Notes: generated by a model from the letters alone, not told the origin. 32,000 nucleotides of DNA from Sinorhizobium meliloti (GCF_017876815.1 NZ_JAGIOS010000003.1:690001-722000); one strand, 5' to 3'. Numbered from the stretch's first letter, positions 17,415 to 26,881 are shown. Made by a program: numbers and translations.

Positions 17415-18341
17415 ATGTTCAACGAGCAGACCTTCCTTCGGGCTTCCATCGCCGCCACCGTTGTCGTCGCGGCATTTGGAATTATCCTGGGACTTCTGTC
17501 CGGGTCATTCTCCATCACATTTGACGGCGTCTACTCGCTCGCCGATGCCGGAATGACTGTCTTGGCGCTTTGGGTTTCCAGGCTGATTGCGGTAGCGGCA
17601 ACGGGCAATGCGTTGTCCGGCCGTATGCGGGAACGTTTCACGATGGGGTTCTGGCACCTCGAGCCGATCGTCTTGCTTCTCAACGGTACATTGCTGATGG
17701 CCATCGCCGTTTATGCGTTGATCAATGCGCTGACCAGCGTTTTGAAAGGGGGCCATCAGCTCCAGTTCGGCTTCGCCATTGCCTATGCTGCAGTGACCGT
17801 GTTCATTTGTACGATGATGGCGGTGATCGGTGCGCGAGCTAATCGCGGGCTTCGATCGAATTTTATCGCGCTTGATGTCAAGGCCTGGATCATGTCGGGG
17901 GGCATCGCGTCGGCGCTGCTGGTTGCTTTCATAATCGGCCATGCGGTCCAGAAAACGGCATTGCATTGGATGACCTCATACGTCGATCCCGTGGTGTTGG
18001 CTTTTGTCTGCATCGTCATCATCCCCCTGCCGATCGGTACGGTTAAGTCGGCTCTTGCCGATATCCTGCTGATCACCCCAAGCGAGCTCAGGGCTCGGGT
18101 GGAGCGCATCGCCGACGAAACGGTGCGGAAGCAGGGCTTTCTTTCTTACCGGGCCTACGTCGCCAGGGTTGGGCGCGCCAAGCAGATAGAGCTTCATTTC
18201 ATCGTGCCCAGCAACCTTCCTCCTCAACCGGTAGAGTCGTGGGACCGAATTCGAGATGAGATTGGGATTGCTATTGGCGATGAAGGCCACAATCGCTGGT
18301 TGACAATCGCCTTTACCGCAGACGAGAGGTGGGCAGAGTGA
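17415..18341 (+). CDS. Cation diffusion facilitator (CDF) family transporter
   Basis: Inside ORF 17262..18341. Start taken at ATG 17415 (MFNEQTFLRASIAATVVVAAFGIILGLLSGSFSITFDGVYSLADAG). Six TM segments plus a C-terminal cytoplasmic domain (RAYVARVGRAKQIELHFIVP). An alternative start is at 17316. Confidence 0.85.
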   Translation: MFNEQTFLRASIAATVVVAAFGIILGLLSGSFSITFDGVYSLADAGMTVLALWVSRLIAVAATGNALSGRMRERFTMGFWHLEPIVLLLNGTLLMAIAVYALINALTSVLKGGHQLQFGFAIAYAAVTVFICTMMAVIGARANRGLRSNFIALDVKAWIMSGGIASALLVAFIIGHAVQKTALHWMTSYVDPVVLAFVCIVIIPLPIGTVKSALADILLITPSELRARVERIADETVRKQGFLSYRAYVARVGRAKQIELHFIVPSNLPPQPVESWDRIRDEIGIAIGDEGHNRWLTIAFTADERWAE

Positions 18342-18457
18342 GCACGAGCCCTGCCCGCGTCGTTGGCGTCGCCGTCGCCGATCCGTCGGCCGGTGCCCGA
18401 TCGAACACGATTATCCGACCTGATTCCGGTAATGAGTATAAGCTCGCGGGCATAGGT

Positions 18458-18471
18458 TTGATCAGGATCAA
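18458..18471 (+). promoter_or_regulatory. Consensus FNR/FixK-type anaerobox TTGATCAGGATCAA
   Basis: 10/10 match to TTGAT-N4-ATCAA. The centre is about 85 nt upstream of ATG 18550. A class II (-41.5) promoter would give a leader of about 44 nt. Confidence 0.65.
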
Positions 18472-18549
18472 CGACGCGCCGGCGCCGCGCGTGTACGACT
18501 TACAACGAAAGCTGAGAATTCGCCGCCGCGTCCGCAGGAGCCTGGGACC

Positions 18550-20820
18550 ATGGAGTTCTACAAGGCATTCCCCATCGCTGTCATCGATGAAGATTACGAG
18601 GGTAAAAACGCGGCCGGGCGGGGCATGCGCAGCCTCGCAGAGGCGATTGAAAAGGAAGGTTATCGGGTCGTTGGAGGGCTCACCTATGAGGATGCACGCC
18701 GCCTCGTGAACGTCTTCAACACCGAGTCCTGCTGGCTGATTTCAGTCGACGGGACGGAATCAAGTACGACGCGATGGGAGATTTTGGCCGAGCTGCTCGC
18801 CGCGAAACGCTCCCGGAACAACCTGCTGCCAATCTTTCTGTTTGGCGACGATACAACGGCGGAAATGGTGCCGGCGCCCGTGCTGCGCCACGCCAATGCC
18901 TTTATGCGTCTTTTCGAGGATTCTCCGGAATTCATGGCGCGCGCGATCGTGCGCGCCGCGCAGAATTATCTTGAGAGGCTTCCGCCTCCAATGTTCAAGG
19001 CGTTGATGGAATACACGCTTCACGGCGCCTATTCCTGGCACACGCCAGGGCACGGAGGCGGGGTGGCGTTTCGCAAGAGCCCGGTTGGCCAGCTCTTTTA
19101 TTCGTTTTTCGGAGAGAACACACTGAGGTCGGACATTTCTGTGTCCGTCGGCAGCGTTGGTTCGCTCCTCGATCATGTTGGGCCGATTGGCGAGGGTGAG
19201 CGCAATGCCGCTCGTATATTTGGTGCGGATGAGACGCTGTTCGTTGTCGGCGGCACATCGACCGCCAATAAGATCGTATGGCACGGCATGGTCACTCGGA
19301 ACGACCTCGTCCTCTGCGACCGAAACTGCCATAAGTCTATCCTGCACTCGCTGATCATGACGGGTGCAACGCCGATTTACCTGACGCCCTCACGCAACGG
19401 CCTCGGCATCATCGGGCCGATTGCGAAGGAGCAATTTACCCCAGAGGCAATTGCGCACAAGATCGCCGCCAGTCCGTTTGCCAGTGAGACGAACGGTAAA
19501 GTGCGCCTGATGGTAGTGACAAACTCCACCTATGATGGGCTCTGCTACAATGTAGATGAAATCAAATCGGCTCTCGGCGATGCGGTGGAGGTACTGCATT
19601 TCGACGAGGCCTGGTTTGCTTACGCCAATTTTCACGAATTCTACGATGGTTATCACGCGATCTCTTCAACGAAGCCCGCGCGCTCGCAAGACGCCATAAC
19701 ATTCGCAACCCAGTCGACGCATAAGCTGCTGGCCGCCTTCTCTCAAGCTTCAATGCTTCATGTGCAGCATGCCGTGGCGAAGCAACTCGACATCACACGC
19801 TTCAACGAAGCGTTCATGATGCACACATCGACATCGCCGCAATATGGGATCATCGCCTCGTGCGACGTGGCTGCTGCCATGATGGAGCAGCCCGCCGGGC
19901 GGGCGCTGGTACAGGAGACCATTGACGAGGCCATGAGTTTCCGTCGAGCCGTCAACGCCGTGCGGACACAGATGCAGGATTCCTGGTGGTTCGAAGTCTG
20001 GGAGCCCCCCATCGCGGATCGGGCACCGAGCGACGCCAGGTCGGATTGGCTTCTTAAGCCCAACGACGCGTGGCATGGTTTCGAAGACCTGGCTGAGAAT
20101 CACGTGATGGTTGACCCGATCAAGGTAACGATCCTTTCGCCCGGACTCAATGCGGGCGGAGCGATGCTGGAGCATGGTATTCCGGCTGCAGTCGTCACGA
20201 AGTTCCTTTCTTCTCGCCGGATCGAAATCGAGAAAACGGGTCTCTACTCTTTCCTGGTGCTCTTCTCCATGGGGATCACACGGGGCAAGTGGAGCACCCT
20301 GATCACCGAGCTCTTGAACTTCAAAGACCTCTATGATGCCAATGCGCCTCTTTCACGCGCCCTTCCCGCCCTCGCGGCAGCCCATCCGGACGTCTACCGT
20401 GCAATGGGGCTCAGAGATCTTTGCGAGAAAATTCACGACGTGTACCGCAGCGACGACGTGCCGAATGCCCAGCGCGAGATGTACACCGTGCTGCCCGAAA
20501 TGGCACTGCGCCCGGCGGACGCCTACAACCGCTTGGTCAAGGGGTGCGTCGAAAGCATCGATATCGACGAATTGATCGGCCGAACACTCGCAGTCATGAT
20601 TGTACCCTATCCTCCGGGGATCCCGCTCATCATGCCTGGCGAACGGATCACCGCCGCCACAAGATCGATCCAGGACTATCTCGTCTACGCCCGGAGTTTC
20701 GACAGGAAATTCCCGGGATTTGAGACGGACATCCACGGGCTCCGTTTCGTCGCTAACCCGAGTGGACGGAGATATCTCGTGGATTGCATCGTCGAGGAGG
20801 GGCAGGATGATACCGCGTGA
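18550..20820 (+). CDS. Wing-domain fold-type I PLP-dependent Orn/Lys/Arg decarboxylase (CadA/LdcC/AdiA-like, lysine or arginine type)
   Basis: 756 aa. It aligns by eye along its length with E. coli CadA and AdiA: FRKSPVGQLFYSFFGENTLRSDISVSVGSVGSLLDH, GGTSTANKIV, DRNCHKS, the PLP-Lys motif QSTHKLLAAFSQASMLHV, SMGITRGKWSTL and PYPPGIPLIMPGE...FPGFETDIHGL. Confidence 0.95.
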   Translation: MEFYKAFPIAVIDEDYEGKNAAGRGMRSLAEAIEKEGYRVVGGLTYEDARRLVNVFNTESCWLISVDGTESSTTRWEILAELLAAKRSRNNLLPIFLFGDDTTAEMVPAPVLRHANAFMRLFEDSPEFMARAIVRAAQNYLERLPPPMFKALMEYTLHGAYSWHTPGHGGGVAFRKSPVGQLFYSFFGENTLRSDISVSVGSVGSLLDHVGPIGEGERNAARIFGADETLFVVGGTSTANKIVWHGMVTRNDLVLCDRNCHKSILHSLIMTGATPIYLTPSRNGLGIIGPIAKEQFTPEAIAHKIAASPFASETNGKVRLMVVTNSTYDGLCYNVDEIKSALGDAVEVLHFDEAWFAYANFHEFYDGYHAISSTKPARSQDAITFATQSTHKLLAAFSQASMLHVQHAVAKQLDITRFNEAFMMHTSTSPQYGIIASCDVAAAMMEQPAGRALVQETIDEAMSFRRAVNAVRTQMQDSWWFEVWEPPIADRAPSDARSDWLLKPNDAWHGFEDLAENHVMVDPIKVTILSPGLNAGGAMLEHGIPAAVVTKFLSSRRIEIEKTGLYSFLVLFSMGITRGKWSTLITELLNFKDLYDANAPLSRALPALAAAHPDVYRAMGLRDLCEKIHDVYRSDDVPNAQREMYTVLPEMALRPADAYNRLVKGCVESIDIDELIGRTLAVMIVPYPPGIPLIMPGERITAATRSIQDYLVYARSFDRKFPGFETDIHGLRFVANPSGRRYLVDCIVEEGQDDTA

Positions 20821-23170
20821 TGTGAAGGCTCCGACCGTCCCCATTCCATTCCACAAGCTGCTTAAGGTCGTGGCATTCGTCGACGAACGCAATCTCGAAA
20901 CGAAGAGACTTCTTGCGCACATTGTCGCGGAGAATTTCGAAGTCGAGTTGCGCGGCAGCTACAACGCCGACGTGTCCGAGGACGCTTCGGTTGGTGCCTA
21001 TATTGGGACGGTCGAGGGCGGACGGCTCGAAGATGCCCGGAAGTTCGTCCGTGCGGTCAGAGACATCGGATTCCGCACGCCGCTATGGGCCCTCGCAGAC
21101 TCCCACGGTATTGCGGACATTGCGGCGATTAAAATGGCCGGCGAAGTCGATGGCTTCGTTTATCTTGGGCAGCAGACACCGGCGTTCTACGCAAAGCAGA
21201 TCATTTCAAGTCTGGTCAATTACGGCAAGACGCTCCTCCCGCCGTTTTTCGGCGGCCTCATGGCTTACGATGGAGAAGCCAACATCGCGTTCGACTGTCC
21301 CGGACACCAAGGCGGACAGTTTTACCGGAAGTCGCCCGCAGGCCAGCTCTTTTTCAATTATTTCGGCGAAAGCATATTTCGCGCCGATCTTTGCAATGCC
21401 GATGTCGACCTTGGCGACCTGCTAATCCATGAAGGGCCAGCGGCCGAGGCGCAGAAGAATGCGGCAAGGATTTTCGGCGCGGACCGGACCTACTTCATTC
21501 TGAACGGCACAAGCACATCGAACAAAGTAGTTACGAACGCGGTACTGCGCGCAGGCGACCTCGTGTTGTTCGACCGCAACAATCACAAATCGCTTCATCA
21601 GGGCGCGCTGGTGCAGGCAGGAGCGATACCAGTTTACCTGCCAACCTCACGCAACTCGTTCGGGATGATCGGTGCCGTGGACTGGGACGCCTGGGACGAA
21701 GCCAGCCTGCGCCGGCAGATCGAAAGGCATCCCCTGGTCGAGGACAAGACGCGAGCCAGTGCAGAGCGACCGTTCCGACTCGCCTGCATCCAACTTGCGA
21801 CCTATGACGGCACTATTTACAACGTCCGCAAGGTGTTGGAACAAATCGGACACCTGTGCGACTACGTACTCTGGGACGAGGCGTGGATCGGCTACAACGC
21901 TTTCCACCCATTGTTTGAAGACCACAGTCCGATGCGGATCGACACGCTTGATGCCGAAATGCCGGGATTGTTCTCAACGCAATCCGTCCACAAGCAAGGG
22001 GCGGGCTTTTCGCAAGCCTCGCAGATTCACAAGCGCGACGAGCACATCCGTGATCAGCGCCGCTATGTCGAACATAAGCGCTTCAACGAGTCGCTTCTCA
22101 TGCATGTTTCGACATCACCATTCTACCCGCTATTCGCCTCGTTGGACGTCAATGCCAAGATCCACGAGGGCAAGGCTGGTGAAATGCTCTGGGATCGCTG
22201 TATCGAGCTGGGTATCGAGGCACGCAAGAAGCTCAGAGAATTCACCCGGTACTACGAGTCGACGGGTGCGGGGCCCCAGGAGCAGTGGTTCTTCGACCCC
22301 TTCGTACCCGATGTCGTCACGATCTCGGGCTCCAAACATACCGAGGATGTTGTCGAGTCCCGTTGGGAGGCGCTCCCGACGGAGGTCATCAAACGGGAAC
22401 AGCAGTGCTGGCGCTTCCGCCCAGGGGCTTCATGGCATGGATATTCCGGCTACTCCGATGGCTACGCAATGGTGGATCCAAACAAGCTCACGCTTCTCAC
22501 TCCAGGCATAGACCGTGCGACCGGGGAGTATCGAGACTTCGGCATCCCGGCAACGATCGTTGCCAATTATCTTCGCGAACAGCGCATCGTTCCCGAGAAG
22601 TGCGACCTCAACAGCATACTGTTTCTGCTCACACCGGCCGAGGACGAGAGCAAGCTCAACACGCTGATAGCCAAGTTGGTGAAGTTCAAGAACTTATGGG
22701 ATCGGGACGCACCTTTGGCCGAGGTTCTACCAACCGTGTTTGCGGCGAACAGAGAGCGCTATGCAGGATACACACTCCGGCAGGTCTGCAAAGAGATGCA
22801 CGACTTCTATCGGCAAGCAGGGGTCAAGGAATTGCAGCGCCTCTGCTTCCGGGCGGAGAGCATGCCCGAGCCCGCAATGCCGCCGAAAGCGGCTTATGAA
22901 GCCCTCGTGGCAAACGAAGTTGATTATGTGGCACTCGACGAGGCTTTCGGCAGGATTTCGGCCACGCTCGCGTTGATCTATCCGCCGGGCATAGGCGTCA
23001 TAGTCCCCGGGGAGCGCTGGGACGAAAGGGCGCGGCCGATGCACAACTATTTCCTGGCATTCCAAGAGTCCTTCAACCGTTTCCCCGGCTTCAATTACGA
23101 GGTCCAGGGTGTGTTTCAGGAGCGCGTTGACGGCCAGATCAAATTCTACACCTACGCCGTGCGCGAGTAA
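20807..23170 (+). CDS. speF: Ornithine decarboxylase, SpeC/SpeF type (wing-domain fold-type I PLP enzyme)
   Basis: Internal ATG 20807 of ORF 20600..23170, with GAGGAGG 6 nt upstream. It overlaps the preceding gene by 14 nt. Close by-eye match to E. coli SpeC/SpeF: LPPFFGGL, FDCPGHQGGQFYRKSPAGQLFFNYFGESIFRADLCNADVDLGDLLIHEG, NGTSTSNKVV, DRNNHKS, TQSVHKQGAGFSQASQIHK and STSPFYPLFASLDVNAKIHEG. It is followed by potE, as in the E. coli speF-potE operon. Confidence 0.93.
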   Translation: MIPRDVKAPTVPIPFHKLLKVVAFVDERNLETKRLLAHIVAENFEVELRGSYNADVSEDASVGAYIGTVEGGRLEDARKFVRAVRDIGFRTPLWALADSHGIADIAAIKMAGEVDGFVYLGQQTPAFYAKQIISSLVNYGKTLLPPFFGGLMAYDGEANIAFDCPGHQGGQFYRKSPAGQLFFNYFGESIFRADLCNADVDLGDLLIHEGPAAEAQKNAARIFGADRTYFILNGTSTSNKVVTNAVLRAGDLVLFDRNNHKSLHQGALVQAGAIPVYLPTSRNSFGMIGAVDWDAWDEASLRRQIERHPLVEDKTRASAERPFRLACIQLATYDGTIYNVRKVLEQIGHLCDYVLWDEAWIGYNAFHPLFEDHSPMRIDTLDAEMPGLFSTQSVHKQGAGFSQASQIHKRDEHIRDQRRYVEHKRFNESLLMHVSTSPFYPLFASLDVNAKIHEGKAGEMLWDRCIELGIEARKKLREFTRYYESTGAGPQEQWFFDPFVPDVVTISGSKHTEDVVESRWEALPTEVIKREQQCWRFRPGASWHGYSGYSDGYAMVDPNKLTLLTPGIDRATGEYRDFGIPATIVANYLREQRIVPEKCDLNSILFLLTPAEDESKLNTLIAKLVKFKNLWDRDAPLAEVLPTVFAANRERYAGYTLRQVCKEMHDFYRQAGVKELQRLCFRAESMPEPAMPPKAAYEALVANEVDYVALDEAFGRISATLALIYPPGIGVIVPGERWDERARPMHNYFLAFQESFNRFPGFNYEVQGVFQERVDGQIKFYTYAVRE

Positions 23171-23197
23171 TCGCCTCTTCCGAGGGAGGATCAGGTC

Positions 23198-24556
23198 ATG
23201 ACTGAACATTCGCTCAACGTTGCCATGGAAGCTTCGTCGAAGAAGAAAATGAACCTGGTCCAGCTCACCTTTATCGTTGCGGTGAACATGATGGGCTCGG
23301 GAATAATAATGCTGCCGGCGAACATGGCGCAGGTCGGTGCCATTTCACTTCTGTCCTGGCTGGTGACCGCGGTCGGCTCGATGGCGATCGCTTACGGATT
23401 TGCACAAGCCGGTCTATTCAACCAGCGTCCCGGAGGGATGTCGGCTTATGCGGAGGATGCCTACGGTAAACCGGGCTATTTCCTCGTTTTCTTACTCTAC
23501 TTTCTTTCGCTCGCTGTCGGCAATGTCGCGATCGGCATTTCGGCCGTCGGCTATCTCGCCGGGTTCTTCCCATGGCTGACGTCCACGCCGATTGCGACTT
23601 GCGTGAGCCTGATCATCCTCCTGTGGCTTACGACTGTAGCTAACTTTGGCGGGCCGCGCGTCACGGGCCGTATCGGTTCAATCACGGTATGGGGAGTGAT
23701 CCTCCCCGTAGGGCTGCTCTGTATTATCGGTTGGGCATGGTTCAGTTCGGAGGTTTTCGCGGCTGCCTGGAATCCCAATGGACTGACCCTCGTTCAAGGC
23801 ATGGGATCGAGCATCTCGCTGACGCTCTGGGCGTTTCTGGGGATGGAATCGGCTGCACAGAACTCCGATGCGGTGGAAAATCCCAAGCGGGACGTTCCTC
23901 TTGCCTGCCTGTTCGGGACGCTCGGCGCCGCTATTATCTACATTCTCTCGACCACAGTCATTCAGGGGATCGTGCCGAACGCTGAGCTTGCCGCGTCGAC
24001 GGGACCGTTCGCGCTTGCCTATGCCACGATGTTCAACCCCGCCATCGGATCAGTCGTCATGGCGCTGGCTGTTCTCGCCTGCGTCGGCTCGCTACTCGGC
24101 TGGCAGTTCACCATCGCGCAAACGGCGCGGGCCGCCGCGGACGAGCGCATGTTTCCGTCCCTTTTTTCGCGGGTGAACGAGATGGGTGCGCCCGTAACCG
24201 GGATGATCGTCATGGGCGTTGTTCAGTCTCTGCTGGCGCTCATGACGATTTCACCCACGCTCAACGAGCAGTTTGCAGCGCTCGTCAATCTGGCGGTCGT
24301 CACCAACGTGCTTCCCTACATCATCTCCCTTTCCGCACTCTTCGTCATGATGAGGGCGGCTGGCGTTTCAGAAAGCAAGTTCCGCTTGAATTCTTCGATC
24401 GCGATCGTAGGCATGCTCTATAGCGTCTTTGCGATTTATGCGTCCGGAAAGGATGCCGTGCTGGGCGGTATGCTCGTGACCGGAATTGCCTTCATCATTT
24501 ACGGCCTTATCGCGCCTCGCTTCACCCCAAGACCGGGAATTGTGGGGACAGCGTGA
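23198..24556 (+). CDS. potE: Putrescine:ornithine antiporter (PotE-like, APA family)
   Basis: GGGAGGA SD upstream. Extended similarity to E. coli PotE as I recall it: VQLTFIVAVNMMGSGIIMLPANMAQVGAISLLSWLVTAVGSMA, VANFGGPRVTGRIGSITVWGVILPV, WAFLGMESAAQNSDAVENPKRDVP, CVGSLLGWQFTIAQ and LVNLAVVTNVLPYI. Confidence 0.9.
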   Translation: MTEHSLNVAMEASSKKKMNLVQLTFIVAVNMMGSGIIMLPANMAQVGAISLLSWLVTAVGSMAIAYGFAQAGLFNQRPGGMSAYAEDAYGKPGYFLVFLLYFLSLAVGNVAIGISAVGYLAGFFPWLTSTPIATCVSLIILLWLTTVANFGGPRVTGRIGSITVWGVILPVGLLCIIGWAWFSSEVFAAAWNPNGLTLVQGMGSSISLTLWAFLGMESAAQNSDAVENPKRDVPLACLFGTLGAAIIYILSTTVIQGIVPNAELAASTGPFALAYATMFNPAIGSVVMALAVLACVGSLLGWQFTIAQTARAAADERMFPSLFSRVNEMGAPVTGMIVMGVVQSLLALMTISPTLNEQFAALVNLAVVTNVLPYIISLSALFVMMRAAGVSESKFRLNSSIAIVGMLYSVFAIYASGKDAVLGGMLVTGIAFIIYGLIAPRFTPRPGIVGTA

Positions 24557-24585
24557 GGTCAAGAGAAGCGTTGGGAGGATGCAAC

Positions 24586-25527
24586 ATGCAAGCCGCACCG
24601 GGCAAAGGACGTCAAGCGGGACGATGGATAGTCAGATTTGGGCTGACGCTAGGAGCAATGACCGTCAGCATGTGGGCGAGCGCAGAAGCACAGACGCTTG
24701 ATCGCGTCCGCAGCAGCAGCACCGTCAAGCTGGGCTACGATGCGAACGCGCGCCCATTCTCGTTCAAGGCCGAAGGGGAAAGCGCGACCGGCTATGCCGT
24801 CAGCCTGTGCATGGAGGTGGTCGAGGAACTGAAACGTGAACTTGGGATCGCCGATCTTGCGGTCGAGTGGATTGAGCTCACCAGGGAGGCTGCCGACCAC
24901 GCCATACGACAAGGTTCGGCCGATCTCTTCTGTGGTGCGTCACCCGTGACCTTGACGCGTCGAAAAGAGGTTTCGTTCTCGCTACCGATCTTTCCGAGCG
25001 GGACGGGTGCGGTACTGAATGCGAGCGCACCCCTTGCGCTGCGCGAGGTTCTGACGCAGGGTCGCCCCTCTGACCGGCCCATTTGGCGGGGATCCCCTGC
25101 AAGAACTGTACTCAATCAGAAGACATTTTCCCCGATCGCAGGTACTACCAGTGAGGATTGGCTTGCGGAGCGGATAAAGACATTTCAGCTTTCAGCGACC
25201 ATCGCTGCTGTGGAGAACTATGATCAGGGAATCGCCAATATTCTGAACGGCGAGTCCGACGTACTCTTCGGCGACCTGCCGCTCTTGCTCGACGCCGCCG
25301 CGCGCGGCGAAAATTCCGGCGATCTCATCGTACTGAAGCGCCATTTCACCTACGAACCGCTTGCGCTTGTGCTGGCGCGCAACGACGAGGATTTTCGAAT
25401 CGTCGTTGACCGGGCGTTGAGCCGCACCTACCGATCGGAAGATTTCCCGGCATTCTTCAGCGAGTGGTTCGGACCTCCCGACGATACGATCGTGACCTTC
25501 TTCCGGCAAACGACATTGCCTGAGTGA
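24586..25527 (+). CDS. Family-3 (amino-acid type) periplasmic substrate-binding protein, orphan
   Basis: ORF 24553..25527. ATG 24586 follows GGAGG by 7 nt, and the signal peptide ends ...SMWASAEA-Q. SBP_bac_3-like motifs KLGYDANARPFSF and DLFCGASPVTLTRRKEVSFSLPIF. No ABC permease or ATPase is adjacent. Confidence 0.85.
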   Translation: MQAAPGKGRQAGRWIVRFGLTLGAMTVSMWASAEAQTLDRVRSSSTVKLGYDANARPFSFKAEGESATGYAVSLCMEVVEELKRELGIADLAVEWIELTREAADHAIRQGSADLFCGASPVTLTRRKEVSFSLPIFPSGTGAVLNASAPLALREVLTQGRPSDRPIWRGSPARTVLNQKTFSPIAGTTSEDWLAERIKTFQLSATIAAVENYDQGIANILNGESDVLFGDLPLLLDAAARGENSGDLIVLKRHFTYEPLALVLARNDEDFRIVVDRALSRTYRSEDFPAFFSEWFGPPDDTIVTFFRQTTLPE

Positions 25528-25735
25528 AGCGCTTCCACGAGAGCCTCTCCTGGAGCCCCGTTGCGGTCAAACGTCCCTTCGTCGAGCAACTGCGCAGTGA
25601 TGAGATCGGGTGGTTCGTCGTCCAGTCCTCGGATCATGCTTGGTAGTTGCGTCACGGCGAAGTGCGGTTCGACCCGTTTGCGTCATGCACTCGGAAACCA
25701 AGTCACAAGCCCTTCAGGGCCGGAGGACCATACGG

Positions 25736-26881
25736 ATGCCCACTTTCGAGGTGAAAAGGTCCACCAAGCAGTCGCGATCTGCAATCGAAGCGGTCTTAAG
25801 GGAGCTTCGACGATCTCCACTTCTGGCGTTGATCTTCTTCGTACCTGTGGTCATTCTCCTGGAGCGGATGGCTCCGAAGGCTCATACGTTATTGTTTTTC
25901 GTGGCGATCGCAGCGATCGTACCGCTCGCTGCGCTCTTGAGCCGCGCGACGGAATCGGTGGCGGCAAAGACCGGCGATGCGGTCGGTGGCCTGCTCAATG
26001 CAACGCTCGGTAACCTGACGGAGCTCATTATTACGCTCGCCGCTCTGCAGGCCGGGCAGTATCTTCTCGTCAAAGCCTCGATCGCGGGCGCAATTGTCAC
26101 CAATAGCCTTTTCATGTTTGGAGGCGCTTTTCTCATTGGCGGCCTGAACCATCATCTGCAGGAATTCAACAGGGTGAATGCACGTTTTCAGGCGAGCCTC
26201 CTGTTCCTTGCGACGATTGCGATTCTGGTACCCTCGCTCACGAGCGGCTTGGATCGCACCCCGGCAGCGGAATTTTCCCAGCAGTTGAGCCTAGGATTGG
26301 CGATCCTGCTCATAGCCGTCTACGGACTTGGCATGGTGTTTTCCCTGAAGACGCACAAGGAACTGTTTGCAAGCGTCGGTCAGGCCGAGGCGGGAGAGAA
26401 GCCCTGGCCGCTTTCGATCGGGATTGTCGTTTTGATTGTCGTCACGCTCCTCGTCGCAATGGTCAGCGAGATTTTCGTCGGGTCAGTGCAAGCTGCCGCG
26501 CAACATCTAGGACTGACACCGGCCTTCGTTGGTTTCATAGTCATCGCCCTGGTTGGCGGAGCTGCGGAAATGACCACGGCGTTCTCAGCGGCGCGCGCAA
26601 ATCGCCTGGACCTCAGCGTTGGCATCGCGCTGGGCAGCGCTGCGCAGATCGCTCTGTTCGTTGCGCCGGTACTCGTCCTTGTCAGCTACTTCATTGGGCC
26701 CCAGCCGATGTCGCTCGAATTCTGGCCCGGCGCGGTGGCAATGATGCTGGTGGCGACCATGGCGGCGACCCTTCTGTCCAATGGAGGGCACGCAGCGTGG
26801 TATGCGGGCGTCATGGCACTGGCGGTTTACGCCATATTTGCGTTGACGCTGTTCCTCTTGCCCCCAGGAGTGACTCAATGA
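25736..26881 (+). CDS. Calcium/proton antiporter (CaCA/CAX, ChaA-like)
   Basis: Internal ATG 25736 of ORF 25610..26881, with GGAGGA 8 nt upstream. The paired alpha-repeat motifs are GLLNATLGNLTELIITLAAL and ALVGGAAEMTTAFSAA; about 11 TM. Confidence 0.9.
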   Translation: MPTFEVKRSTKQSRSAIEAVLRELRRSPLLALIFFVPVVILLERMAPKAHTLLFFVAIAAIVPLAALLSRATESVAAKTGDAVGGLLNATLGNLTELIITLAALQAGQYLLVKASIAGAIVTNSLFMFGGAFLIGGLNHHLQEFNRVNARFQASLLFLATIAILVPSLTSGLDRTPAAEFSQQLSLGLAILLIAVYGLGMVFSLKTHKELFASVGQAEAGEKPWPLSIGIVVLIVVTLLVAMVSEIFVGSVQAAAQHLGLTPAFVGFIVIALVGGAAEMTTAFSAARANRLDLSVGIALGSAAQIALFVAPVLVLVSYFIGPQPMSLEFWPGAVAMMLVATMAATLLSNGGHAAWYAGVMALAVYAIFALTLFLLPPGVTQ

